From a virus: a stretch of 64,000 nt of DNA. The stretch lies in IMG/VR virus record IMGVR_UViG_3300045988_019421, positions 1 through 64,000 of that record. One strand, 5' to 3'. Positions 7,419 through 15,868 of the stretch are shown one piece after another (within the stretch, counting starts at the first letter, position 1; every line of letters starts with the position of its first letter). The translations under genes and the position numbers were made by a program. The notes under the pieces were generated by a model. The model had not been told where the DNA came from. It was given only the letters and a program-made list of their open reading frames with translations, and made no database searches.

Positions 7419-8640
7419 TATTAAGTATTTTAATTAAATTCCCATGACTCGGGACATTCTTCACTCCTGACCTACATCTATATTCGACAAACGCTGTCTT
7501 ACCAATAAGTTTATCTTTATTAAGAAGATAACTTTCACGAGTAGAAGCATCACCAATCGGCATACATTCAAAGGTTTCACCATTAACATCATTACGAAGA
7601 ACGAATTTACTAAACTTAGGTCGTTTAGCTCCTTCGGGAATAATATCAATAATCTTGAATTTACCATCTAGTATTGGTTTACTTTTGTACATAGTAGAAT
7701 TACGTTTACCAAACTGATATGTAGCATAAGGATTACGAAGAATAGCTCCCTCGAACTTAGCTTCAACAAAGAGGTCTCGATATTTAATAATATCTTCATC
7801 TCCATTAAGATTATCGTAAGTATGAATAAGTACGAAACGTTTCTTATTATTCATGTGATAATCAAGAATAGCTTTAGCATTAACGTAATTAGGCATCTTA
7901 AACTTGCCAAACTCTGACTTCAATAATGATATACGACTAGTTTGAATCATATCATCAATAGCTAAGTCGTAACACCAAAATTGAAGAAAGCGATTATATG
8001 GACTTTTAAGATTCTCGGCAGCACTTAGAATATCATTTAGTTCAAGACCAGGAATATATAACTCTCCGTCTAATACTAAATTATCTTCTAACATACGATT
8101 GAATAGCTTGTCTGTAATAACATCATCTAGCAATACATTCTCCAATACAGGACACTTATATTCAAGTCCTTTACGACTACGAAATACAAGTCCTTTAGTT
8201 TTAAAGAATCCTTCACCACGCATAACAGCAGATATATTACAACGAACACCATTAATCTTCATTTGAGCCAATAGCCCTTGTTCGTTATTATATTCATATA
8301 TCTTAGCTAACATAGGAAGAACAAAACCTTCATTATTAGTATTGTACTTAGGAAGATAACAATCAAGATAATTAATTAAATCATCTTCATTTGTTATTTC
8401 AGCAGGAGTATTATCATATAATTCTCCTAATTCAGTACCACCTTCTCTACGTTTAGCAGCAACAATAGTTTTCCATTCTTTCTCAACACTTCTAGGTGAA
8501 ACATATTCAGATGTAGTACCTGTCTTACCGACAATACCATACTTTAGAATTATCTTATGACCTAGTATTTCTGCTTGCCAAAAGATAGGTTTACCTTGTG
8601 CATTACGCTTATAAAGAGTAATACTTTTCGATTCACTCAT
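7375..8640 (-). CDS. lig: ATP-dependent DNA ligase
   Basis: Nucleotidyltransferase motifs in order: I KINGVR (the usual KxDGxR with N for D), III LDGELY, IIIa FWCYDL, IV EGAILR, V MYKSKP, followed by an OB-like C-terminus. The N-terminal ~75 aa resembles a WGR-like module. Confidence 0.8.
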   Translation of the reverse strand: MSESKSITLYKRNAQGKPIFWQAEILGHKIILKYGIVGKTGTTSEYVSPRSVEKEWKTIVAAKRREGGTELGELYDNTPAEITNEDDLINYLDCYLPKYNTNNEGFVLPMLAKIYEYNNEQGLLAQMKINGVRCNISAVMRGEGFFKTKGLVFRSRKGLEYKCPVLENVLLDDVITDKLFNRMLEDNLVLDGELYIPGLELNDILSAAENLKSPYNRFLQFWCYDLAIDDMIQTSRISLLKSEFGKFKMPNYVNAKAILDYHMNNKKRFVLIHTYDNLNGDEDIIKYRDLFVEAKFEGAILRNPYATYQFGKRNSTMYKSKPILDGKFKIIDIIPEGAKRPKFSKFVLRNDVNGETFECMPIGDASTRESYLLNKDKLIGKTAFVEYRCRSGVKNVPSHGNLIKILNNEPTGLPNNIEEES

Positions 8641-9119
8641 ACTTCTTCAATTTTATATTTATTAGGTTGTTCACGCATAAGACCAATAGCAACTTCTCTA
8701 TCTATTATCATAGATTTATTAGTATCTATAACAATAATCCTGACTTTAGGATTAGGAGAGGGAGATGTAACAGATTTCCGCTCCTTTATGGGGGAAGATT
8801 TGGTAATCCGTTTACTAGTCTTATTAGTTCCCTTTTTCTTTTCGTAAACAATAGGAGGATTAACTTCTTCATATTTAAGATTAGCTTCATGAATCTTTTC
8901 AAGAGATTCTTTATCATAACCTAAATATATAAGAGCTGCCATTATCCATCTATATCTAAAATGAATAGTTTGAATATAAGGATAATTAGGTAAATCTAAT
9001 TCATGAAGATAACTAGCAATAGTATCACTAGTACCGTTAACTTTAAGATTGTGTTGAATCATCCTTATATCAGAAGCATCTAACTGATAACTAAACGGAT
9101 TTACGTTGTTTAACTTCAT
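8637..9119 (-). CDS. hypothetical protein (160 aa)
   Basis: ORF track; 4-nt overlap with the ligase start. Contains motif copy M4 (SSPIKE). Confidence 0.65.
   Translation of the reverse strand: MKLNNVNPFSYQLDASDIRMIQHNLKVNGTSDTIASYLHELDLPNYPYIQTIHFRYRWIMAALIYLGYDKESLEKIHEANLKYEEVNPPIVYEKKKGTNKTSKRITKSSPIKERKSVTSPSPNPKVRIIVIDTNKSMIIDREVAIGLMREQPNKYKIEEV
8781..8795 (+). repeat. M4: motif copy, forward
   Basis: ctcctttatggggga. In the minus-strand CDS, read as SPIKE. Confidence 0.9.
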
Positions 9120-9636
9120 TTGCTGTAAGTCTTACAATTATATACTTTTTAGGTTTACCTATTCTCGCATGATAGAACTTGAAACACTTTAGATAATCAG
9201 TACTTTCAGTCCACTGTATAAAGTTTCCTTTAGATACAGATGTATTAGTTTCATAATTGAACTCTCTTGGAATCTTATGACTACTATACATATCTTTATC
9301 TAAGTAATTCTTAATGATAGCTAAGTGTTCAGGATTATCAAACTCAAAGTTACCATAAATCTTTATCTTAGAAAAGTCAATTGGTGTACCATCAGAAAGA
9401 GAGATACGAATTAAAGTATTAGGATTATCAACCACTTGTTGCTTAATATGATTAAGATACTTCTCTTCTTCATCTGTTAAAGGATACATAAAATAATAGC
9501 TATGAACATTTTCGCTATTACCGAAACTGTTTATAGCTATTCTCTTTAATGGAGCAAATGAATTAAAATCAATTACTCTACGTTCTTCTTGTGCCTTTGG
9601 AAGTGGCACATCTTCTTCTTCTCTACTCATATTCAA
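9091..9636 (-). CDS. hypothetical protein (181 aa)
   Basis: ORF track; co-directional. Confidence 0.65.
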   Translation of the reverse strand: MNMSREEEDVPLPKAQEERRVIDFNSFAPLKRIAINSFGNSENVHSYYFMYPLTDEEEKYLNHIKQQVVDNPNTLIRISLSDGTPIDFSKIKIYGNFEFDNPEHLAIIKNYLDKDMYSSHKIPREFNYETNTSVSKGNFIQWTESTDYLKCFKFYHARIGKPKKYIIVRLTANEVKQRKSV

Positions 9637-10756
9637 ATAATGATTCAGTTTGTTCTATAAACGAATTAATAGTTTCTCTTGAATACATACTAACTAACTC
9701 CGAGAAATCTTTAGCACCATAACTTCTTGGAATAACAATAGGTATAATACCATATTCTTTTCGTAACCTACGAGCACCACGTACTCCTGTTAAATCACAA
9801 TCAAAAAAAGAAATAAGTATTCCATTGTCGTTTAGCTTAGATTGAAGCCAGTTATATTCGTAATCTTTGAGAACATAGCTCTCCGAAGTAACATTAATTA
9901 CTCCTATTTGAGACTCTGACAAATTCCCCCGTAAAGGATAGGAATGTAACCAGTAACTTAATACTAGATTGTCCTTATATGATTTAGTAATAATAATTAT
10001 ATCATACTTAGGTTTATCAAGATTAAGTATTCCAACAAGACCATTATGATTAGTTATAAACTTGATTTCTCCCTTACTTCTATCTCGAAGAGGAAAATAA
10101 CATTCGATATTATAAATACCATTACTATCAAGTCCGGTAACATAAGCATAACAAGGGTCTGATTCCTTATATGTATATTTAGGACTAGGTTGACAATACC
10201 TATTAATATACATTTGGTCAACAGGATAGACAAAATGAGTATTAAGCCAATGTAGACTAACTCCCCATTGTCCCCAAATATTCTTATCGTTATTAGTCCA
10301 AGTTCTAGTAGCTATTTCAATAATTGGTTTACTAGCTTTGATTTTAGATATTACTTGTTTAAGTAAGATTTCATTTTCTTCATCTACTTCTCCATCATAT
10401 ATTATCTTACGGAAAGTATAAGCTATATGCTTTAATATATAATAGAAATCTGCCTTATTAGCAACATTTATATGACGACCAGTTTTAAAACTTAGTACAT
10501 AAGCTACTAGGTCGAAACAATCACCAAAGAAAGAACCATTAAAATCACGAGCTTTTAGCTTATGTTTATTATTGAAAGCAAAACCAAATGTTGGATGATT
10601 ATCAACACGTAAAGGAGAACAAATAAGTTCATTATTTTCTACACAATTATTAACTACGGATATAGGTATACCCATATATTTAGCCATAATCATTTCTTGA
10701 CTAACTTTAGATAATATAAACTCTTTTGTTAAGTCTTGTCTTATTCCTCTACGCAT
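9623..10756 (-). CDS. DNA primase (DnaG/TOPRIM-like)
   Basis: The N-terminal CSPLRVDNHPTFGF resembles the DnaG CPFH..TPSF zinc-finger region but lacks several Cys. The C-terminal IIIITKSYKDN ... SFFDCDLTG is a TOPRIM-like E/DxD arrangement. Confidence 0.65.
   Translation of the reverse strand: MRRGIRQDLTKEFILSKVSQEMIMAKYMGIPISVVNNCVENNELICSPLRVDNHPTFGFAFNNKHKLKARDFNGSFFGDCFDLVAYVLSFKTGRHINVANKADFYYILKHIAYTFRKIIYDGEVDEENEILLKQVISKIKASKPIIEIATRTWTNNDKNIWGQWGVSLHWLNTHFVYPVDQMYINRYCQPSPKYTYKESDPCYAYVTGLDSNGIYNIECYFPLRDRSKGEIKFITNHNGLVGILNLDKPKYDIIIITKSYKDNLVLSYWLHSYPLRGNLSESQIGVINVTSESYVLKDYEYNWLQSKLNDNGILISFFDCDLTGVRGARRLRKEYGIIPIVIPRSYGAKDFSELVSMYSRETINSFIEQTESLFEYE
9925..9939 (-). repeat. M5: motif copy, reverse
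   Basis: tcccccgtaaaggat. In the primase CDS, read as YPLRGN. Confidence 0.8.
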
Positions 10757-10772
10757 AGTATAACTAGATAAA

Positions 10773-10800
10773 ATAAGCCTAGCTTTTACACTAGGCTTAT
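10773..10800 (-). terminator. hairpin (minus strand) after the SSB-like gene
   Basis: 10-bp stem ATAAGCCTAG / CTAGGCTTAT with an 8-nt loop. TTTTA follows on the minus strand. Confidence 0.6.
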
Positions 10801-10830
10801 AACATTATTAACGAAATATATTTGGATTAC

Positions 10831-11874
10831 TTAGAATGGAAATCCACCATTATCTTCTGTTTCAGGAGCAAAAGCAGAACTTTCAGTAGAAACAAATCCA
10901 CCTGCTACACCACCTGCAAAACCACCCATAGGCATACTCGGATTAACAATTCCTGCACCCATAGGAATACCACCAATACCGGCAGCAGTTCCAAGATTAG
11001 GAGCTTTTCTTTGTTTAGATTGTACACCTTCCATTGGAGCAATACGTTCTTTAGTAATGTCAAACATAAGACTTGGTTCTTTGAAATGATTGGCATCAAT
11101 CATGAACTGTTCTTCAAAGATTCCTTGACCTACAATATTTGGGAATACCAAATCGCCTTCTTCTGAACCTTGACCGGAGAAAGCCCAATCACCTTTGTTC
11201 TTATAATAACGATTAAGTCTGAACCAGAATTGTCTAGGTTTACCTGTCTTATCGAGTAATGCAGATTTACCATTTTCTCCACCTGTTTCAACAAGTTTAA
11301 CTACATTGTCAAACAGAACTCCCCAAGCCTTGATAACATCTTCTACTTCAACTGGTTCATACTGACCATTATCGTCATAATCAACATAACCAAGTTCGAG
11401 CATTTCAGATTCTTCATCAGTCATTTCACGACCTTTGAATACAACCACATCAAGGAAGTGTTTTATCCAAGCAAAGTCCATATTAATAAACTTCTCTTTA
11501 GAACCGCCAGGAATATAGTCAACATTACTTTCATGGGGCCAAAATGTCTTACTAGCAACACGAACATCAGCAGGATTAGTATGAAGAGAAGTAGCTTCAA
11601 TAACAAGCTGTGGAATAGCTTTTCCTGCAAATGCTGGACGCATATTGTTATCTTCCTTCATAGTTACCCAAGCAACACGAGCATGAAGATGTCCAACAAA
11701 TAACCAAAGGTTATTAATAGCATCTTTATGAGAGAACTTCTTACGAGCAGTAGTTCTTGTCTCATTACTAATACCTCTACGACGCTTCTTAGTTGCAGTA
11801 GTTGCAGCATTATTAGCTGATTGATTAACTACTGGTTCTTCTACTTTAGCACTTTCTTCTTTTTGAGTACTCAT
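10831..11874 (-). CDS. putative ssDNA-binding protein (SSB-like tail)
   Basis: G/M/P-rich flexible linker, then an acidic tip ending ETEDNGGFPF. This is analogous to the SSB DDDIPF and T7 gp2.5 acidic C-terminal-Phe tails. The start is set at ATG 11874 (MSTQKEES...). Confidence 0.45.
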   Translation of the reverse strand: MSTQKEESAKVEEPVVNQSANNAATTATKKRRRGISNETRTTARKKFSHKDAINNLWLFVGHLHARVAWVTMKEDNNMRPAFAGKAIPQLVIEATSLHTNPADVRVASKTFWPHESNVDYIPGGSKEKFINMDFAWIKHFLDVVVFKGREMTDEESEMLELGYVDYDDNGQYEPVEVEDVIKAWGVLFDNVVKLVETGGENGKSALLDKTGKPRQFWFRLNRYYKNKGDWAFSGQGSEEGDLVFPNIVGQGIFEEQFMIDANHFKEPSLMFDITKERIAPMEGVQSKQRKAPNLGTAAGIGGIPMGAGIVNPSMPMGGFAGGVAGGFVSTESSAFAPETEDNGGFPF

Positions 11875-11982
11875 AAAATTTGTTTTTATAAAGATTAATA
11901 CTAACAACAACAACAAGTTGTACAGGCTTGTTGTTTATTGCAAAGTTTCCAAATATAATAATTTTTTAAATCATAGCCAAAT

Positions 11983-12018
11983 AAAAAAAGAGCTAAATTC
12001 AATTAAGAATTTAGCTCT
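11983..12018 (-). terminator. strong intrinsic terminator (minus strand)
   Basis: Perfect 12-bp stem AGAGCTAAATTC / GAATTTAGCTCT with loop AATTAA. An A-run at 11983-11988 gives a T-run on the minus strand. It lies just after 12054..12809. Confidence 0.8.
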
Positions 12019-12053
12019 TTATAATCTAGCTTTTATCTAACCGGAAGAAGTTC

Positions 12054-12809
12054 TTATTTAGAAGATTGACGAGCAATCGGTTCTTCATCAGCTTTGAAAG
12101 AAATCTTGTAAGCGTTAACTTCAACAGTTTCTTTTTCATCACCGATAACTTTACCAGTTTCAACAGCAACTACGAACGGTTCGTTTAAGTTAACCTCGAA
12201 TACACGGTTAAACTTCTCTGCTTCGTCACCGAGATTTTCTTTCAATTCCGACCACATTGAAGAATCGGAGAAAGTCAACGGCAAACCAAGACCAGTAAGA
12301 TTGGAAGAAGTAGAAGTACGAGCACCGGAGTAAGCACGAGTAGTAGGATTGTAGTCATCAATAGTAACTTCTTCTACTGACTTACCAACTTCTTCTGCGA
12401 TTCTTTCTTTGTTAAGTTCAAATGCAGCCGCTTTCTGTTCAGCAGTCATACGAACACCTGCAAGTTTGATTTCTCCGTTCTTCTCGAACAAAGGTACACC
12501 TTTACAGATACCATATTCACCGAAGTTCTGAATAAGAGCAGCACGAGCAGCTTCTGTACCAAACTCAACATTGTTCTCTTCGCACCATGCCATTACTTCG
12601 GCATCACGTTCAGCAATAGCTGCATCAATATCAGCAATATTACTAACAAACTGTACGTTATCACCGGGAACAAGACCCATGATACGAGTTACTGCACCTG
12701 TCAAGCTAAACTTAGCTTTAGTACTGTTAGCAGTCAATGTAGGTTCGTTACTAGCTTGCATTACTCTCTTACCGCTTTGTACGGCTGACATTCCAAATTG
12801 AAGTCCCAT
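12054..12809 (-). CDS. hypothetical abundant-looking protein (251 aa), possible AbrB/SpoVT-like N-terminal fold
   Basis: GC-richer codon usage than its neighbours. FSLTGAVTRIMGLVPGDNVQFV resembles looped-hinge-helix motifs. The strongest terminator in the window follows. Confidence 0.6.
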   Translation of the reverse strand: MGLQFGMSAVQSGKRVMQASNEPTLTANSTKAKFSLTGAVTRIMGLVPGDNVQFVSNIADIDAAIAERDAEVMAWCEENNVEFGTEAARAALIQNFGEYGICKGVPLFEKNGEIKLAGVRMTAEQKAAAFELNKERIAEEVGKSVEEVTIDDYNPTTRAYSGARTSTSSNLTGLGLPLTFSDSSMWSELKENLGDEAEKFNRVFEVNLNEPFVVAVETGKVIGDEKETVEVNAYKISFKADEEPIARQSSK

Positions 12810-12926
12810 AGTTGTAAAAATTTAAATGATTAATAATTATTAATACTAGGCTTAAAGCCTATTGTTATCTTAGTTTTTGTCTTATTTCGTATCTATTGAT
12901 TAGTAATAGTTAGACTTCTATTACTA

Positions 12927-13847
12927 TCAAATCTCTACAATATCAGCATCACTGATATTCATATTGTTTACTATCTTAGCTTCTGTTGTTTCCATACAAC
13001 CAAGTATAACATCAGCAGCTATATCACGAGCAGCTAGTGTAAACGCTCTATGTCCAATAAGAGTTCTCATATATTTAGTATATGTATCTTTACTAGCAAG
13101 TCCAGCAGTTACAGCGTCACTATAACTAAAATGTCCTATACTAGTAATAACTCTGTTATCTACTACACGAGTAAGTTTATATTCAGTAATATAATCACAA
13201 GGAACATTAGGTATTCGGAAGATTGGAACTAATCCCTTAGCTGCAAAATCTTTAGCTTGTTGTTGATTAGCTGCAACTCCGAACTTATTATTTAACTGAT
13301 ATTCCTTATATATAGTACCATTATAATCTTGATAATTCCTAACTGGATAAATACCAATTTCGTCATTATCAGAACTAGCATTAAATTCATCAGCTTCTTT
13401 CTTGCTTTTGAATCTCCTACAATACTCTGGTATCTTACTATCAATATAAACATTATTACCGTCTGTATATTCATACAGAGCTATATAATCTTTAGTGCAT
13501 TCCCATGTTATAGCTGCCTTCAATAATAACGCTTTAATTAAGTGAACGTCTAATGTAGTTTTACCATTAATAACTCCTAGATGTTCAATACAACTAGTAA
13601 ATGGTAAACCTAGTTCTTTAGCACGACTATATATTGCAAGACCATCTTGAATAGTCTTAATACCGCACTTATCACTAGACATTACTGATTTCAGATACAA
13701 CTCTAACTTACTCCTATCATCGGGATTGTAAATGTCTAGTGTATTCAGAGCAGAAGCCACAACCACACCATTATTATTAGTAGTAGGTTTTGCTTTTGGT
13801 TCTGTCTTAGCTAGAGTCTTTTCATTCTCTGTCTTTACTTCTTCCAT
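12927..13847 (-). CDS. hypothetical protein, possible single-strand annealing (RecT-like) protein
   Basis: 306-aa ORF in the replication/recombination context. The LGLPFTSCIEHLGVINGKTTL segment is reminiscent of RecT. The function is unverified. Confidence 0.35.
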   Translation of the reverse strand: MEEVKTENEKTLAKTEPKAKPTTNNNGVVVASALNTLDIYNPDDRSKLELYLKSVMSSDKCGIKTIQDGLAIYSRAKELGLPFTSCIEHLGVINGKTTLDVHLIKALLLKAAITWECTKDYIALYEYTDGNNVYIDSKIPEYCRRFKSKKEADEFNASSDNDEIGIYPVRNYQDYNGTIYKEYQLNNKFGVAANQQQAKDFAAKGLVPIFRIPNVPCDYITEYKLTRVVDNRVITSIGHFSYSDAVTAGLASKDTYTKYMRTLIGHRAFTLAARDIAADVILGCMETTEAKIVNNMNISDADIVEI

Positions 13848-13920
13848 TATTTCAAAGGTCGCTTATTGATTACTCTACAAAGATACTAATTTCTTTTATA
13901 ACTCCAAAGATTAGCATCTA

Positions 13921-15387
13921 TTATTCTCCTATTATGAAATCATTTTCACTATCTTTAACTATTTCATAGTCTTTTCCTCCTTTCGTTTCTGCTAGCTTCT
14001 TTTCTTCATTCGTACCTTTACAATATACCTTATATATTATATTAGGTACGGAACTAAAAGATAGATTAGGTATTCGATATTTTAAGTCTCGTATTGAGCT
14101 GCAAAGAGGCGAAGTGAAAATCACTATATCTACAACTCCTATAAAGCTCGTATCAATAGAATTATTTGCCGACAATACTTTCATATAGTCGTCATTAAAT
14201 AGCTCCAAATTTCGCGTTCTCTGCGCTCTTGCTTGCATGATTACTGGCTGTCCGATTTTAGCTCCCGTCTTATATACTTTCGGTTTACCTTTCTTATCAT
14301 AAGCCTGTATTCCTTCCATATCATTATGATAGTTTCCGCAATAGTCATATTGTAGAATACTCATTCCAGTTTGGAATATCTCGCCATTAGTCATAATAGA
14401 TTTACCTTCGTATTTTATATTAGCATTTAGGTACTCTGTTATCTTACCGGCAAATACTCCATTCTTTGAAATAATAAGTATTCTTTTGCCTATATTTTCC
14501 TTAACTATATCAAGTATTACATCTAGCTTAACAATATTATCAGTAACTACCTTAGTACGTTCTCTAATAATATTATAAGTTTGAGTAACTCTCTCAACTA
14601 AAGCACTAGGATTGTATAGTTCATCAATCTTACGACACATTGCATCGGTCATATCCATTTTAGCAGACCAACCATTACTTTCTGCTACTTGTAATCTACA
14701 AGTTTCAGCAGCAATATTAAGTCTAGTATTACCAACACGACATTCTTCTAACTTTTCAAAAGTACCAAATATAGTAACACTTTCATTAATATATTGGCTA
14801 CATTTATCATAATAGATTCTATCAGCATCAGTTAGAATAACACCCTTTTGGTACTCCTTTATGGGGGAATGAATAGAACGATTAATTAAGTGAGCATAAT
14901 TAATTTCATATACTTTAGGAGCATATTTATACATAAGTACAGCATTATCAGCAACACTATCAATAGCATTAGTAGCAAGTAGCTTAAACTTAAAATAGTT
15001 ACCACTATATTTCTCTGCAATCTTTCTGAACTTCTTTACATTAATAGTAATAAGTACATCTTTATGACTACTAGGACTAGGTTTATACGGAGAACGTTCA
15101 ACATAATCACGAGTAATTATAAGACATCGCTTATCAGTTATTAATTGTTTATGAATCTCTTTAAATTCAGAAGTATTATCGAGATAATAATTAATGTTAG
15201 CTCTATCTTCCATAGTCTCTGTTATAATAAGAGATGTTAAGTCAGGAGTTTTAGCTACCATTTTATCTAATACCATTGTAACGAAGTTCATTACGCTTAA
15301 TGGTTCGGATAAAATAACACTACCCACACCTTTGTTAGCAGACCATTTATTAGCAGCTTCATTATAAATATCGGTTACATCATTCAT
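13921..15387 (-). CDS. helicase-like protein with degenerate SF2 motifs
   Basis: 488 aa. It has no clean Walker A, but it has a C-terminal MQARAQRTRN (motif VI-like) and a two-lobe-sized layout. Contains motif copy M6. Confidence 0.35.
   Translation of the reverse strand: MNDVTDIYNEAANKWSANKGVGSVILSEPLSVMNFVTMVLDKMVAKTPDLTSLIITETMEDRANINYYLDNTSEFKEIHKQLITDKRCLIITRDYVERSPYKPSPSSHKDVLITINVKKFRKIAEKYSGNYFKFKLLATNAIDSVADNAVLMYKYAPKVYEINYAHLINRSIHSPIKEYQKGVILTDADRIYYDKCSQYINESVTIFGTFEKLEECRVGNTRLNIAAETCRLQVAESNGWSAKMDMTDAMCRKIDELYNPSALVERVTQTYNIIRERTKVVTDNIVKLDVILDIVKENIGKRILIISKNGVFAGKITEYLNANIKYEGKSIMTNGEIFQTGMSILQYDYCGNYHNDMEGIQAYDKKGKPKVYKTGAKIGQPVIMQARAQRTRNLELFNDDYMKVLSANNSIDTSFIGVVDIVIFTSPLCSSIRDLKYRIPNLSFSSVPNIIYKVYCKGTNEEKKLAETKGGKDYEIVKDSENDFIIGE
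14854..14868 (+). repeat. M6: motif copy, forward
   Basis: ctcctttatggggga. In the minus-strand CDS, read as SPIKE. Confidence 0.9.
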
Positions 15388-15623
15388 AATACAAGTTGTC
15401 CTTTATACCATTTAATATTAGCAAGAACATGACTACGATTAAGAGGACTATGTAGAAGAATAATATCACTACTTACAAAATCATTCCAACCACAATCTTC
15501 AACAAGAGATAAGATTAAACATTCTAATACTATATTATAGCCTACTACCATTCCTTTAAGACTACCATAGTCAATTTCTTTTCCTAGATTATTTATACAT
15601 ATCTTTTCTATATCCATATTCAA
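15384..15623 (-). CDS. hypothetical protein, tandem paralogue A (79 aa)
   Basis: MNMDIEKICINNLGKEIDYGSLKGMVVGYNI aligns with the N-terminus of the next ORF. Confidence 0.6.
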   Translation of the reverse strand: MNMDIEKICINNLGKEIDYGSLKGMVVGYNIVLECLILSLVEDCGWNDFVSSDIILLHSPLNRSHVLANIKWYKGQLVL

Positions 15624-15868
15624 GTAATTTTTAGTTCCTCTTTATAAGCATTAGGATGAATATAAGCATAACTAAAGTTACCGTTTTCATTTAGTATAAT
15701 AATATTACTATCGTTTCCAATCAATTCGTAATTAGTAACAGGACTAAGAGAAACAATAAGATAATTAATTGTTATATTATAACCTATAACCTTAGCTTTG
15801 AAACCTTTATAATCAACTATTTTTCCTAAGTTGTCTTTGCATATCTTTTCTATATCCATATCAGTCAA
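15620..15868 (-). CDS. hypothetical protein, tandem paralogue B (82 aa)
   Basis: MTDMDIEKICKDNLGKIVDYKGFKAKVIGYNI aligns with paralogue A. Confidence 0.6.
   Translation of the reverse strand: MTDMDIEKICKDNLGKIVDYKGFKAKVIGYNITINYLIVSLSPVTNYELIGNDSNIIILNENGNFSYAYIHPNAYKEELKIT

Noticed and set aside
12847-12861. Small hairpin taggct taa agccta as a terminator of 12927..13847
   Set aside because: It has only a 6-bp stem with a 3-nt loop and no clear T-run. This is too weak to call.
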